From Protoeuglena noctilucae (taxonomy: Eukaryota): a stretch of DNA of 64,000 nt. The position numbers were made by a program, and so were the translations under genes. Location of the stretch: the NCBI GenBank assembly GCA_958009085.1, contig OY253686.1, positions 1-64,000 of the forward strand, given 5' to 3'. Positions within the stretch are counted from its first letter, which is position 1; each line of letters opens with the position of its first letter. Below the pieces are notes generated by a model. That model was given only the letters and a program-made list of their open reading frames with translations. It ran no database searches and had not been told where the DNA came from. Below, piece by piece: positions 14,509-26,250 of the stretch.

Positions 14509-15958
14509 TCATGCGCGGTAGCGTGGCTCTGCCTGCCGCGCGACCCACTGCACCGCCTCCGCCAGGCACACGTCCTTCCCCGCGTCGAGCTGGGCGGGGC
14601 AGGGGACGTCCGGGGTCAGCCCCCCCTCCCGGGCGATGTCGTAGCCGCTGGGCAGCAGGAACTTGGCGATGGTGACCTTGGCCCCCGCGCCACGCCCCCC
14701 GATGGGGAAGTAGTACTGCACGAGTCCCTTCCCGAAGGTGCGCTCCCCCAGCAGCACCGCGCGGCCGTGGTCCCGCAGCGCCCCCGCGACGATCTCCCCC
14801 GACGACGCCGTGCCTCGGTCCGCCAGCACCGCGACCGGCCGCGTGGTCTGCTGCCGCGGTGGGTCCGGGAAGACGGCCGTGGGGAGGGAGTCGAGGCGCC
14901 AGCGGTAGTCGACCGCATCCCCACGCCGCACTGCGCGGGAGAGACCGAGTTGGTCAGTGCGCAGATCACACTTCCTGCCAGGCCTGCATGCGATGCACGG
15001 TGGCAACCTCACCCGTGTCGACCACGCCGCACTGCCCTCGGCTGCAGTCGAGGAAGAGTCCCGCGGTGCGCAGGGCCTCCTCGAATTCCCCCCCGGGGTT
15101 GTTGCGCAGGTCCAGCACGTACCCCACGGGAGGCGTGGCGGAGGACTCGCTCTCAATCAACGCGCGCTGCAGGCCCTCTGTGCTGTTGGCGTTGAAGTAG
15201 TGCAGGCGGAGGTAGGCCACGTGGCCACCGCCCGGCAGAGACACGCTCGCCGCCTTCACGGGGGGCTGCCCCAGCCGCCGGCGCTCCAGCACCAGGTCAC
15301 GCGTGCATGAGGACGGTCCCTCCCCCGACGCCACGCGCAGCTCCACCGCGCTGCCCAGGGGGCCACGCAAAGCACCCTGCACCTCCGCGGGTGACATCTG
15401 CGCGGCCATTCGACCATCAATCGACAGGACCCTGCGAAGGGGCACGGGGGGGTGCGCTCTGGGTTGCAACCACGTGACAGCCCCATTGTGAGACGCGCCA
15501 CCAAGCTGTCCATCTCGTGTCTCGCCTGTCCCCCATGACGATCCCCGCCTGCTCCGCGCTCGACTCCGCCAATACCGCCTCCACGACGCGCCCCCCCCCC
15601 TCCTCCACCTCCCCCAGAACCACCCCCGGGCCCTGCCGCGTGCGCTCCACGTACCGCGCCTCGGCCCTCCCCGGGTGCTGAACACCCCAGCGGAAGCGAC
15701 TGGGGGGCAGCCATTGGGTGAATGGGTCCCCCAGCGTCGACAGCATCACACGCGCCGCGTGGTTCAGCTCCGCCTCCGTCCGAAGCGGGCCCGCCTCCAT
15801 CGCCTGCGCGCGAGGACAGCGGGCAGGTCACCCTTGCGAGGGACGCATCGTGCTCGCTCTCCTGTCCGCTGCACGTGCGGACGCTCACGCAGAGCGTCAA
15901 GTCTCACCGTGCGCGCAAGAGCGTCTGCCCATCTCCCCTCGTCGAAGCCCTCCCCCAT
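14509..15958 (-). CDS. C-terminal processing peptidase (CtpA/S41 family); 5' end not resolved
   Basis: MLSTLGDPFT, a PDZ segment (SSAEQAGIVMGD-RVLSIDG), YVLDLRNNPGG, catalytic Ser in TASSGE and Lys in TFGKG. No convincing start or targeting exon lies directly upstream. Confidence 0.88.
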
Positions 15959-16375
15959 GCACCGCCCCCGCCGTCGCTGCGGCCTCGAATGGGCTCATGG
16001 GCTCGTGAATCGCGCCGCGCTCCATCAGTCGCCGACACGAGCCGCAGTTTTCTGGACCAAAAAATTCCCCTCGCGCCCCTCGCCAGAGCGGCGCCTCCGA
16101 GAGCGCAGGAAACCCGTGGCGTCGACTGAAATGCGACGGCGCGAGGAGGCCGGGACCATCGGCGGGAGCTCTCGTGTTCAATGAACCCGCAGCCGACCCT
16201 GCAGACGCCGGCGTCGCGGTCGGGAACGTGCACGCCCGCGCAACCAGTGTCCACGTCTCCCGAGCCGCCCGGCGACCGTCCCGCTTCGCGCGCCGACATC
16301 TACATTCTTCAAGTCCCTAGCGAGCGCACGCGCGGGGCGAGAGGCGCCGCTGGAGCGCGGGGCCGCCAAAAGGGC

Positions 16376-16503
16376 GTACCAGGGCGGTACCGACACAGTA
16401 CCCGCGGTACGCGGCCGCGGACCCGAAAACCGCGTACCGGGCGAGTTCCGCGCCCTGTTCCGGCCCTGTTCTGGCGTACTCGCGGAAAACCGGCTCCCGG
16501 TAC
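16376..16503. promoter_or_regulatory. Dense GTAC motif cluster (candidate SBP-box/CuRE-type sites or element-end repeats)
   Basis: GTAC at 16376, 16387, 16398, 16407, 16434, 16476 and 16500: seven in 128 bp. Function is inferred only. Confidence 0.4.
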
Positions 16504-16506
16504 CCG

Positions 16507-16657
16507 CCGAATCTCCCACCAGTGGATAGGGCGACCTTGGCGGCGCCCCCCATTTATCCGTTGTTAGCGCGGGGAGGCCGCGGCCCCACGGCCCGGGCCC
16601 TCGGGCCGCCGGTTGGACCCCCAGAATGGCCCTACCCCCCCGAATCTCCCACCAGTG
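16507..16657 (+). repeat. 18-bp perfect direct repeat CCGAATCTCCCACCAGTG
   Basis: Copies at 16507-16524 and 16640-16657, each with TACCC just upstream. Confidence 0.85.
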
Positions 16658-17306
16658 TTGTGCTGCATGCGTCAGAATTAGAGATCCCAGAATCGACAAT
16701 AAAGCCTCACTGCGCCCTTCTTTGAAACAATTGATTGCGACATCTTCGCACGCATCCAGAACAAGCCCCCCTTGCTAGCGAGGGCAGCTAGCCTCTTTCC
16801 TTGCCCCAGTGTTCTCGGCGACTGGGACTGACGGATCCTTCCGGAGCTTCAGGTCAGCAGAACCATTATTATATGTTTTACGGCGCCGCTCAAGCGCCGG
16901 CATGAGGCTTAGAAACGTAATATTCGCCGCGTCGCCGGTCAAAACACGCCGGCTTAGGGATGGTTGCCTTCCCTGCACGGGCCCATAAGGCTTCACGCGG
17001 ACCGCGTGAGCCGCATTATCGTGTGGCACATGACCGCGCGAAGGGACAGGGTGGGCGCGGAGCTCGCGGGGAAGGGAGCGTGGGGGCGTGACTGTTCGCG
17101 CCTCCTCTTCCCCCATCGCCGACCAGCAAACGCTTTCGCGGTCTATCCATCACCTGTTGCAGGACATGGTTTAGTCCAGAATCAGACTACTGCAGGCACC
17201 GAGACGGGCGCAAAGTCGCGACGCCACCCCAACTCTTTACGCCTCGTTGGCCACCATTTTCACGCAGGCCCCCCTCCGAGGAGGCCGGCTGCCGCAGTGG
17301 GGCACC

Positions 17307-20300
17307 ATGATGAGCCCCTGGCTCGCCGTCATCACGGTTTTGTGGGGACTGGTGGTATTACTCGTCCAGCAGTCCAAGTGGGCCGAGCAGAAGTCGAAAA
17401 GGGCCAAGTCCGCCCGAGGTAACGAAGACACATAGCGTGGGCGTAACGCATTTACCACGGTGCAAAACAGAAACGTGCTTGTTACATGTCATGAAATGAT
17501 GCCCGGTGCTTCCCACGCAGGCCGATATGAAATCTCCTCCCACGAGACCGTCTTGATGGTTAAGAAAATGAACGACTGGCTGAAGATCCCCAACAACGTC
17601 AAGAAGGGATACTGCATGGTCAAGCCCCCGTGGGTGGGGGTGGCCTCATGGAAGGCTGGCCGTCGTACCATCGGCGTGAGGCGTGGTGGACCAAGAGAAC
17701 CGAGCTTTGTTTCTCGCTGCTTCTGGGTGAGCGCTAGTGTTGGCATGTTCTCAACTTGCCACTTGCGCTGACGTCGGGTCCATCGGCGGGCGACAAGACA
17801 ACCCGTCCTCCTTGCCATCACAGACCATGGTGACGCCCGTCACAGCACTGTTCAAGATTCCGGCCATCTTATGGAAAGCATGCTCTCCCATCCCTGCTAA
17901 AATCGAGGACTGTCCGTCCAGCACCGGAGATGATGCCACACCGCATTGTGCACCCACGTCTTCCAATCTCGCCCCGGATGAGCTGGGGGACGCCCAGGTA
18001 AAACGTCGTGCGGGGCGGGAATATAATGATGACTCTCCTTAAACATGCTTTGCTTTTTTCTAATTCTCTTACTGCGTCCCTTAACGGCGTGCACCAACTG
18101 CGCCGCAGAGGACCAAGAACGTGTGGCAGCGTTTCCAGACATTCGGCAACCGACGCTTCAAATGCACGTCTGCGTGCTGGCAAAGGGTTGCAGCTGGCGG
18201 TGCGGCAGTGACGTGGGTATTAAGGCGAGTGCGCAGCGCAGAAAAAGTTTGGTTTACGTTCCATTTAAAATAATAAATTTATTACATGTTCAAAATAAGT
18301 AGGACGTGGTAAATAAGAGTGCATCTCTACATGGTGTTCTTGTCGGGAATGCCACACAATGGCAAATAGAAGTTGTTGTTGAGTGCATTTCAGGGTGGGG
18401 AAATTCACGTCTTCACGTCATACGTTGACGATTACCATAGTCACGGGACACAATTGATTAATTACAATGTACTTCATCACACCATTAAAAGCGTGACGCA
18501 CATGAGATCGTGGGCATCACGTCTTATATTACCAGGGTTATGGTAGGGCATGCATGTTCTATAGCTCTGGCATTTGGAGCCAAGAGCTCCACGCCTTTAT
18601 AGTAACTTCCACACCTAGACACGTAATAAAGTAGTTTTTAATTATAAGAACGACCAACAAATGCTTCTCTTCTTCTCACAGGGTCATGCAAGTCGGGACG
18701 GGAATTGACATCGCGCGATCTTCGGTTCAGAAACTAATTGACCGGTCATGCAGTTCAAGCGGAGGTCCTGGCGATGGCGGCAATGCGAATGCTCCCCAGA
18801 GAATCACCCTTCAGTTTGACCTCTACGTCGTGCATGGTGAGACTAGGGGTACGACTTTATGCCCCTACTCCGCCGAGACTTAGCGCCCTAATTGACTGCT
18901 TTCTGCACACAAGTCACAGTCCTGTATAACAAGACTATAACATCCTCGCCCACCGTTGTGACTGCAGAAAACCGGCGGATGAGGACGAGGCAATGCCACG
19001 TGTTAAACTTCCCTCGGCGAGTACATGTCAATGGCAAGACTTTCAGGAGGCGTGAGACTAAAGACCTCAATGGACCCCCGCGCTGTGGAGGCTGGGTGGA
19101 CTTTTTCTGTTCATGGATGCGAAAGACGCACGTGGACATTGACAAGAACTTCATCGATAACTCATATCTCCGCGACGAGGTCAAGGAGGCGGTCCACTTT
19201 TCGTTTGCTGTCGTTTACGTGGAGGAGCGCGTCTCTTCCAGGGCTCCTTCCCCCGTCACCACCATCACCCTCAACGTCGCGAACTTCATTCCGCCCCCAG
19301 CCAAGTCGGCTGCCACGTCGGCCAAGCTCACCATCGACAGCGCCACCGCTTGCAACTGTGCGGGCGGCGCCCCGTCCCCAGCCACGTCGGCCGCTCCGGC
19401 CGGGCTTGAAGCGCCGATTCCCACTGCATGTGAGGAGGCGCCGGGGGGAATGGGGTTGAGGGGAGGTACGCCCAATGTGGCGCATGCATCTACTCTGACG
19501 CTGGACAGCCAAAGGAGCCCTCCTCCACGGCGCAAGAGGAAGAATATGGGAAACACGTGCTATCGAAACGCGGTGTTCCAAGCTCTCGCTTCCTTCCACA
19601 TCTTTCTAAACGCACTTGAGCGAGCGGTAAATGGATCTTACGACGGATGCCTTAAAGCTAAGCTGAAGCAATTGATCGACGACCATGTGGGGGATGTTTT
19701 GGAACCAGACGACAGTGTTATTGTGGAGGGCACGGACTTCGATAATCCTGGAATGCACGACGCGCCCCAGTTCTTTGAGGCAGTGGTGAGTAGCCTACGA
19801 GTGCTGTTTCGGTATCCGGGACCTTGTATCCCGTATCCTTGTATTGTATCCTTGTATTTGCCCTAGCCCACGTATGCGCAGCAATATATCCACGACAGCC
19901 CATGCATCCTTCTCGCAGATTGAGAAGATCGATGACAAAAGCATCGCAGATTGCTTCAAAATATGGACTGTAACGACGTCTACCTGTCAATGCGGTCATG
20001 AGACCAGTCGTCGGGACGAATTGTGGGTGCAAAGGTGAGCTGCTTCTGGTTGTATTATTTACAATTATCCAATTTTTGGAGATGTGTTTAATGCAAGTAT
20101 AGTCTGCAGTCTTTACTTTGAAATAAAACCATAATATATATATTATTATGTGAGTTAAAGTCTTTCTAAAATGTAAATAATACTGTTATGGATTTTGTGG
20201 AATTCCTTAAGCCTTGAATGTGCTTGCAGGGTCCCACTTCTCGTGCTTGACACATCTATCGACTGGCATGAACTTCAAGATCTGGTCAGTGACAAGCACA

Positions 20301-23300
20301 CCGGCGGCACGGCAAGGAGATGCGTCAAGTGCGGCAACTTCGAAGAGCACACGGAGGTGGAGACATTTCACGCATCGGACGTACTGGCCCTGCAACTGCT
20401 GCGCTTCGAAAGTGAGTATGATAGTGTGGCTTGGAGGGTAAATAAAGAGCATATACCCCCCTGCATTTTACGCCTGCGTTTACGGCCACCATATGTCAGA
20501 ATATACTCCCCGGCACTTTTGCCACCGCAGTGGATGGTAACACGTCTCGGAAGAAGATGGATCGTGTGTCCCTTCCAGATATGCTGACCTTTTCAGGGGG
20601 CAATTACGTTCTCACGGCTGTTGTTCACCATTATGGAGATGGCACTGATACTGGGCACTTCGTGACGTCTTTCCGCGTGGAGGGGGACAGATGGGGATGC
20701 GCCGATGACGACAACGTCGGGTGGACAGACGAGCACAAAGTCAAGTCTCAGAGTGACTCTTGCTACCTTGTCTTCTACGTCAAGGAGTGCGACACAACGA
20801 ACCCTCCTAATCCCACCATCGTTCAGGCAAGAAGATATAATATTGCAGATTTCCGAGCGCTGATACTTGCCATGTGTGTCTTCATAGCAGTAACGCAAAA
20901 AAGTTTTTCAAAATAGAAAACTTTCATGCTATATTTATTATCAATTACAGCCATTTAGCTTGTGCAGACATCCTGACTTACATAATAGCCTATTGCTGTC
21001 CCCCAATAGTACCAATCCGTGTCCGTCAGATGCACGCATCTCACTTATGGCTTCTACGACATCTCCCAAGGATTGGGGCATTCCTCCCCCATCTTAACAA
21101 CTGTCCACAAGTGTTTGTATCAAAATATGTATTCATTTCTGCGCAACTCCGCACGCAGCCACGGTCCACCACGGCAAGGAGACATACTTGCTCCATGAGT
21201 GACAACAGTGACATGGAAATGAGCGAAGAGGTCCTCTGCCAAGGAGGAGGTGAGCAATTTGTGTAACCTACTATTTATGAGCGATTTAATAGTAGTAAAC
21301 AAACTTACAATTACTTTGTATTTTTCTTCATACATTTTGGTTGCTCAAACAACTTCTAGCAGCGGAAAATTCGATTTTCATCAGCTTTGCATAAACGAGT
21401 TTGTGACGTTATTTAAAACCTCCACGCAACATTTGCACACAACGACGTCATCCCACATACCACTTCCTGTCTCAAATACAAATACATGGTTACTGCCACA
21501 CCCGCAGTCAATGGGGACACCGACCGACAACCGGATGCTATAGCCGGTGAGAGGATGGGCCGGCAGGTGGAGACGTGGGACGCGGAGAACGTCGCGGGCA
21601 TGTGGGTGGCCACGAGCGCGGTTGCGGGAGCGGGACCGAATGTCTGAGCTTGAGAGTGGGTCGCAAGCGCGCCCGAAGCAGCACTGAGAGCGAGGCTGAC
21701 CCACAGCAATCACTGTCGGCGAGTCATGGGCGCGGTCATGGGCGTGGGCGTCGGACGGGCAACTTGGTGGACGTCAAGGGCCGCAAGTGTGGCCGCGAGT
21801 GTGGCGTGGACGGGTGCAAAGTGCGCCCCAGCTTTGGGATCAAGGGTCGCCCAGCCACGCGCTGCGCAAGGCACAAGACGGACGACATGGCGAGAGTCCG
21901 GAACCGCGAGTGTGGCGTGGACGGGTGCACAACGCAGCCCCGCTTTGGGATCAATGGTTGCCCAGCCACGCGCTGCGCAAGGCACAAGACGGACGACATG
22001 ATGGACGCCCGGAGCCGCAAGTGTGGCGTGGACGGGTGCACAACGCAGCCCAGCTTTGGGATCAAGGGTCGCCCAGCCACGCGCTGCGCAAGGCATAAGA
22101 CGGACGACATGGTGGACGCCCGGGGCCGCGAGTGTGGCGTGGACGGGTGCACAACGCAGCCCCACTTTGGGATCGAGGGTCACCCAGCCACGCGCTGCGC
22201 AAGGCACAAGACGGACGACATGGTGAACGTCTTGAGCTGCGAGTGTGGCGTGGACGGCTGCACAACGCACCCCAGCTTCGGGATCGAGGGTTGCCCAGCC
22301 ACGCGCTGCGCAAGGCACAAGACGGACGACATGGCGAACGTCCTGAGCCGCAAGTGTGGCGTGGACGGGTGCACAACGCAGCCCAGCTTTGGGATCAAGG
22401 GTTGCCCAGCCACGCGCTGCGCAAGGCACAAGACGGACGACATGGTGAACGTCCTGAGCCGCAAGTGTGGCGAGGACGGGTGCAAAGTGCGCCCCAGCTT
22501 TGGGCCTGAGGGTGGCCCGGCCACGCGCTGCGCAATGCACAAGACGGACGACATGGTGAACGTCCTGAGCCGCGAGTGTGGCGTGGACGGGTGCAAAGTG
22601 CGCCCCAGCTTTGGGCCTGAGGGTGGCCCGGCCACGCGCTGCGCAATGCACAAGACGGACGACATGGTGGACGTCCGGGGCGGCAAGTGTACCCACCCGA
22701 ACTGTGCAGCCAAGAAACCTTTGTGGGGAAAGCTGAGGAAAGACGGCAAGCCAGACCGTGGGAAACGGTATTGCAACGATCACTACGACTGGGAACCAGG
22801 TCTTATCAACTTGGCTGAACACATGCGGGACCGCGAGTGCCGCCGGCTCAGTGACCTAACGGACAGTGCGGCCGACGACCTGGATGCCCTACCCAAGGCA
22901 CACAAGGACGAGATCGTGGCAAAGATTGTGGCGTGGGTGCGTGAAGTGCTGCGGGTGCACAAGCACGCATCCATCTACATTTGCGTTTCGCACTGGTTTC
23001 GTATCATAGAAGAGATTGGGCGGACGCCATTCACGAACGGCTACTTTGTGGACGAGGGCGGCAACCCGCTCACCACCAAGGACCTGTCCCTTGCCAAGGC
23101 CATCAATGACCTTGGGGCCAAGCAGGAGGTGCTGGCGGTGACAGTCCGCCCCGAAGATGCCAATGACATCGAGAAGGCGGTGCACCAACAGCTCCACTAT
23201 GAGTTGACGCCTCGACTTTCTGCTGATGATCGTCCGGATGGGCACCGCCTTTGGCGCAAGGAGGGGACGGGTGGCACTCGGGTGCCGCGGCTCATCCCAC

Positions 23301-23845
23301 CGGAGGTCGCCCGCAGGTGTGTCAGATACGTAGTCGGGGCATTTGTCATCCCCGACGGGGACCCACCTAGCACGGCGTTTGCTCTCAGTGGAAAGGACAC
23401 TGACCTGCACGAGGCCGCTCAGAGGGCCAGGGCAAACCACTACCAACCCTTACAGCGCGTGGTGCACTTGCCCGTTCCCCCGCTCTCCTACCTGCCCGCT
23501 GGGATATCTCGGCAGATTGGTGGCGGGCGCGTGCTACCTGATACAGCCGCACACAGCAACAAGCTGCGCCAGCTCATGGTCAAGATCGGCACAGATGGGC
23601 TTCCGATGTACTTGCGGTTGCGCGCATTCGTCTCAGCCACGGGAACGGAGACCGAAAGGGATGATGTCGAGGAAGAGAGTGCCAACTCGGACGAGGACAT
23701 TGATTTGGAGGCAGCGCTTGAAGAACAGGACGATGCTGGCATGGACGAAGAGTCGGGGTCTGGTGCCGAGGACATGGACGAGTGGCACGACACGGAGGCG
23801 GGGCCGAGCAATGGGGAGGCAACCTCATGGGAGAAGCCCAATTGA
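17307..23845 (+). CDS. Multi-exon protein: hydrophobic N-terminus, MATH-like domain, USP (C19) deubiquitinase, EsV-1-7-type repeats, GIY-YIG-like domain, acidic tail
   Basis: Phase-consistent exons: 18682-18836, 18968-19785, 19919-20034, 20230-20411, 20531-20826 (GC donor), 21159-21249, 21508-21566, 21707-23845. Probable upstream exons: 17307-17418, 17521-17726, 17824-17997, about 18111-18199 (this junction is ambiguous). USP motifs: NMGNTCY, MHDAPQFF, LQLLRF, VVHHYG...GHF, W-x3-DDDNV, CYLVFY. Confidence 0.72.
21797..22684 (+). repeat. Coding tandem repeat, 8 x 111 bp (37 aa), EsV-1-7-type Cys/His repeat
   Basis: Units start at 21797, 21908, 22019, 22130, 22241, 22352, 22463 and 22574. Consensus CGVDGCxxxPSFGxxGxPATRCARHKTDDMVxV; a divergent ninth unit starts at 22685. 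Confidence 0.93.
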
Positions 23846-25911
23846 TGCTTCTCTGGTTAAGTTGTTACGGCGGCCAGCTCTCTTGCGTATGCTTATAGAG
23901 AACAAGTCTCAGATTGCTGGTATTCAGTGCCCGGTGTTAGCACCCTTGCACCCAACCATGCATGTTCGTGCTGTGCATGAAGTGCAGCACCTTGTCTGGG
24001 CAACAGTTGCTTGGCGTTGATCATGAGTGGTCCTCCACAGTTGAATGGATCCACTCAAAAATGTTCCACTCAGAAATGTAGAGAATATAGCTTCGAGACC
24101 ACAGGGGTTCAAATGCCAAAAGCCTAGCTAGGTGCACAATAAAACATTCTTGATGCACAGCGCCTTCTGTGCGACCTCCCTATCCCAAGGCCGCCCCCCA
24201 TTCCCCCCAAACATGCCGGCAAAGGCTGCGCGTTGCGACCGTTGCCGTGGTCATCCGCAAACACGTGGGCCCGAAGCGAGGGCAGCGGGTGACCAGACGC
24301 GCGGCGTGGATGGCAAAGGGGCCGCGCGCGTGCTCTCCGGGCGGGACGGACAGACGGGGCGAGCCCCGCCCCCACGCCGACGTGTGCCGGCAAGGTCGTG
24401 AAGGGGCCCATGGGTCCACCCCCCACCCCCACAGGGGCAGCTTCAAGCGGTCCCTCCCGCGGGGCCGGCGCGCTCCGGATGTGTGCCCGGAGGTCGCGGC
24501 GGGGCGCCCGGGTCGCGTGGCCGTGGGGGCCGTGGGGCGCCGGGAGCCGACTGTTGGCCCCGGCACCGCCCCGTGGGCGTCTGCGCATGCAAGCGGGCGG
24601 TATTTCGACGTCGGATCGATACACGGACCCCGCCCGGGCATGGCGTGGTCACGCACCCACTCGACCCCTCCTCGTCCCGGTGGGAAATCATGGAAAGGAC
24701 GCCTCGAGGCCGTGAATCGCCACCCCCCCCCCCTGCGCGCGATGCTATCGCACCTATGTGAATAGACCGATGATAATGGCAACGCATATCGTTCTCGGCG
24801 CGTGGTAGTGCAGCGCAAGCGAGCACGTTTATGACTTCAAGGACCGTGGATCGTCCGCCCGGTGAACAGCGCAGCGTGGCAGTCCCCGGGAAACAGACCA
24901 ACACCGAGAGCTGTGGGTCTCGTCCTCACCCGCCGCGATAAGCGACCGTCTTCGGTAGCGTGTCGTCGCACGCTCTCGCGGGAGCCGGCTACTCAACCCC
25001 CTTTCCCAGCACGTATGGAAAGGGTGACTATTCGCTCTTCCTGCCGCGTCGCACCGCCCGCCGGGCCCCGGGCCGCCAGTCGCCAGGGCCTAGCATGGGG
25101 CCGCCCCAGAACGGGGCAGCGAGGGAGACGGTGGGGCTCTCGTGGACCGGCGCCTACTCCTAGGGGTGTTGGCGGTAGGCGCTGAGACGTGCGGTGGGCG
25201 TCGTGCAGGAGCCACCTGCGCATGGGTGCCGGTGAAAGTATTCAAACAGCTTGCGATCAACACCAGCACTCGGCCTCTTGAGCCGGCACAAGCGGCATGA
25301 GCTAGGACTCCTTGCTCTTCACCCCATGCCTTGTCGGCTCGATAATCACGCCTCCTCGCAGCGTTGTCGACCAGCCTCTTGCACTCCTGCTCCATTTCGG
25401 CACCAGGTGCCCTCGTGTACGCATGGTCACTTCCCAGGGACTCCCACCAAGCTGCCGTTCCCGGGTGCGGTCGCATGAAGCAGCAAGAGGCACTCCAGTA
25501 ACCTGGCAGTCCAGCAGGTCCAAGATACTAGCCCCAGCGATGCTCAGCGCAGCCCGAGTGACCCCAACCAGCACTGTTAGACACACGCCAGTAGGGCGTA
25601 CCTGGGTAGCCCCTCGTCGCCCGCTGCGTGCCTGTGACGACGCCCACCGCGCTAGTGCTTGTGGTTGTACCGTCTACGTCCGATGACCTCGCTGCATGGG
25701 CCGGACTGCCGTTGCACAGCATGTATGAGCGTTAGTGCACTACGCAATCCCGGCCGCACATACTGTCAACTCGCTGTACCGCTACCAAAGGGGGCATCCA
25801 AGGCGCACTACATTGACATCAACAAAAGCAGCCGGTGTTCCACATTCGCAAGCGATGCTCTTGGTGCCATGACAATACATGACCCACTATCGGGTATTCA
25901 CCTGGGTGGAG

Positions 25912-26250
25912 TCAGGCCCTGACACGGTTCATGTGAACCCGTTTAAGAGCCTGCGTGGGCATCCCCAAGACCCATGTGGGTCTCAAACGGTTAGGCTCCT
26001 CGCAGTCGTCGAGCTCAAGATTGCTGCGCCACTCGACATATTGGCTCAGGTGCGACCCCAGCGAGTGCGCCTCGACCGCGGGCGCGCCGGCGAGAAGCAC
26101 ACAGCTCACACCCCCGAGGAGCAAGCCGACCGCGCGCCGACCGCCGTCCCATTCGGCGCGGCAACACGTCGCGCGACGTCTACAGTGTCGGAAGCGCGAT
26201 ATCGACCGGACCGATGTCGAAGGCAGCGTTCGACGCGCGCACCAAGACAT
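25912..26250 (-). CDS. Short ORF resembling a bipartite plastid/thylakoid-lumen targeting sequence
   Basis: Ser/Arg-rich MSWCARRTLPSTSVRSISRFRHCRRRATCCRA followed by RR, a hydrophobic stretch and a signal-peptidase-like site (RRAVGLLLGGVSCVLLAGAPAVEA). No recognisable mature domain follows. Confidence 0.35.
   Translation of the reverse strand: MSWCARRTLPSTSVRSISRFRHCRRRATCCRAEWDGGRRAVGLLLGGVSCVLLAGAPAVEAHSLGSHLSQYVEWRSNLELDDCEEPNRLRPTWVLGMPTQALKRVHMNRVRA

Larger units (their letters stand above)
16300..24130 (+). mobile_element. Compositionally foreign island (possible transposon- or virus-derived insertion); boundaries approximate
   Basis: AT-rich introns and spacers (18240-18670, 20040-20200, 20890-21500) unlike the GC-rich host introns. 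Orientation is opposite to the flanking genes and the cargo includes EsV-1-7-type repeats. No transposase, TIR or convincing TSD was found. Confidence 0.35.

Noticed and set aside
21797..22684. 111-bp periodic array as a CRISPR array
   Set aside because: Units are contiguous, in-frame coding repeats with no unique spacers, no cas genes are present, and the context is eukaryotic.
16316..24131. Helitron ends at CTAG motifs (16317, 24124-24131)
   Set aside because: No clear subterminal hairpin, and no Rep/helicase coding sequence.
25191..25650. 14-bp inverted repeat GCGGTGGGCGTCGT as MITE termini
   Set aside because: Short and GC-rich, does not extend cleanly, and has no target-site duplication.
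25901..25914. TGA at 25912-25914 as selenocysteine
   Set aside because: No redox motif context, no SECIS identified, and no coherent downstream frame.
25860..26049. Plus-strand PD-(D/E)XK-like motif (GGVRP/DTVHV...LLAVVELK...DILAQ)
   Set aside because: It needs a frameshift near 25918, has no supporting exons, and is antisense to the targeting-like ORF. It cannot be distinguished from chance without a profile search.
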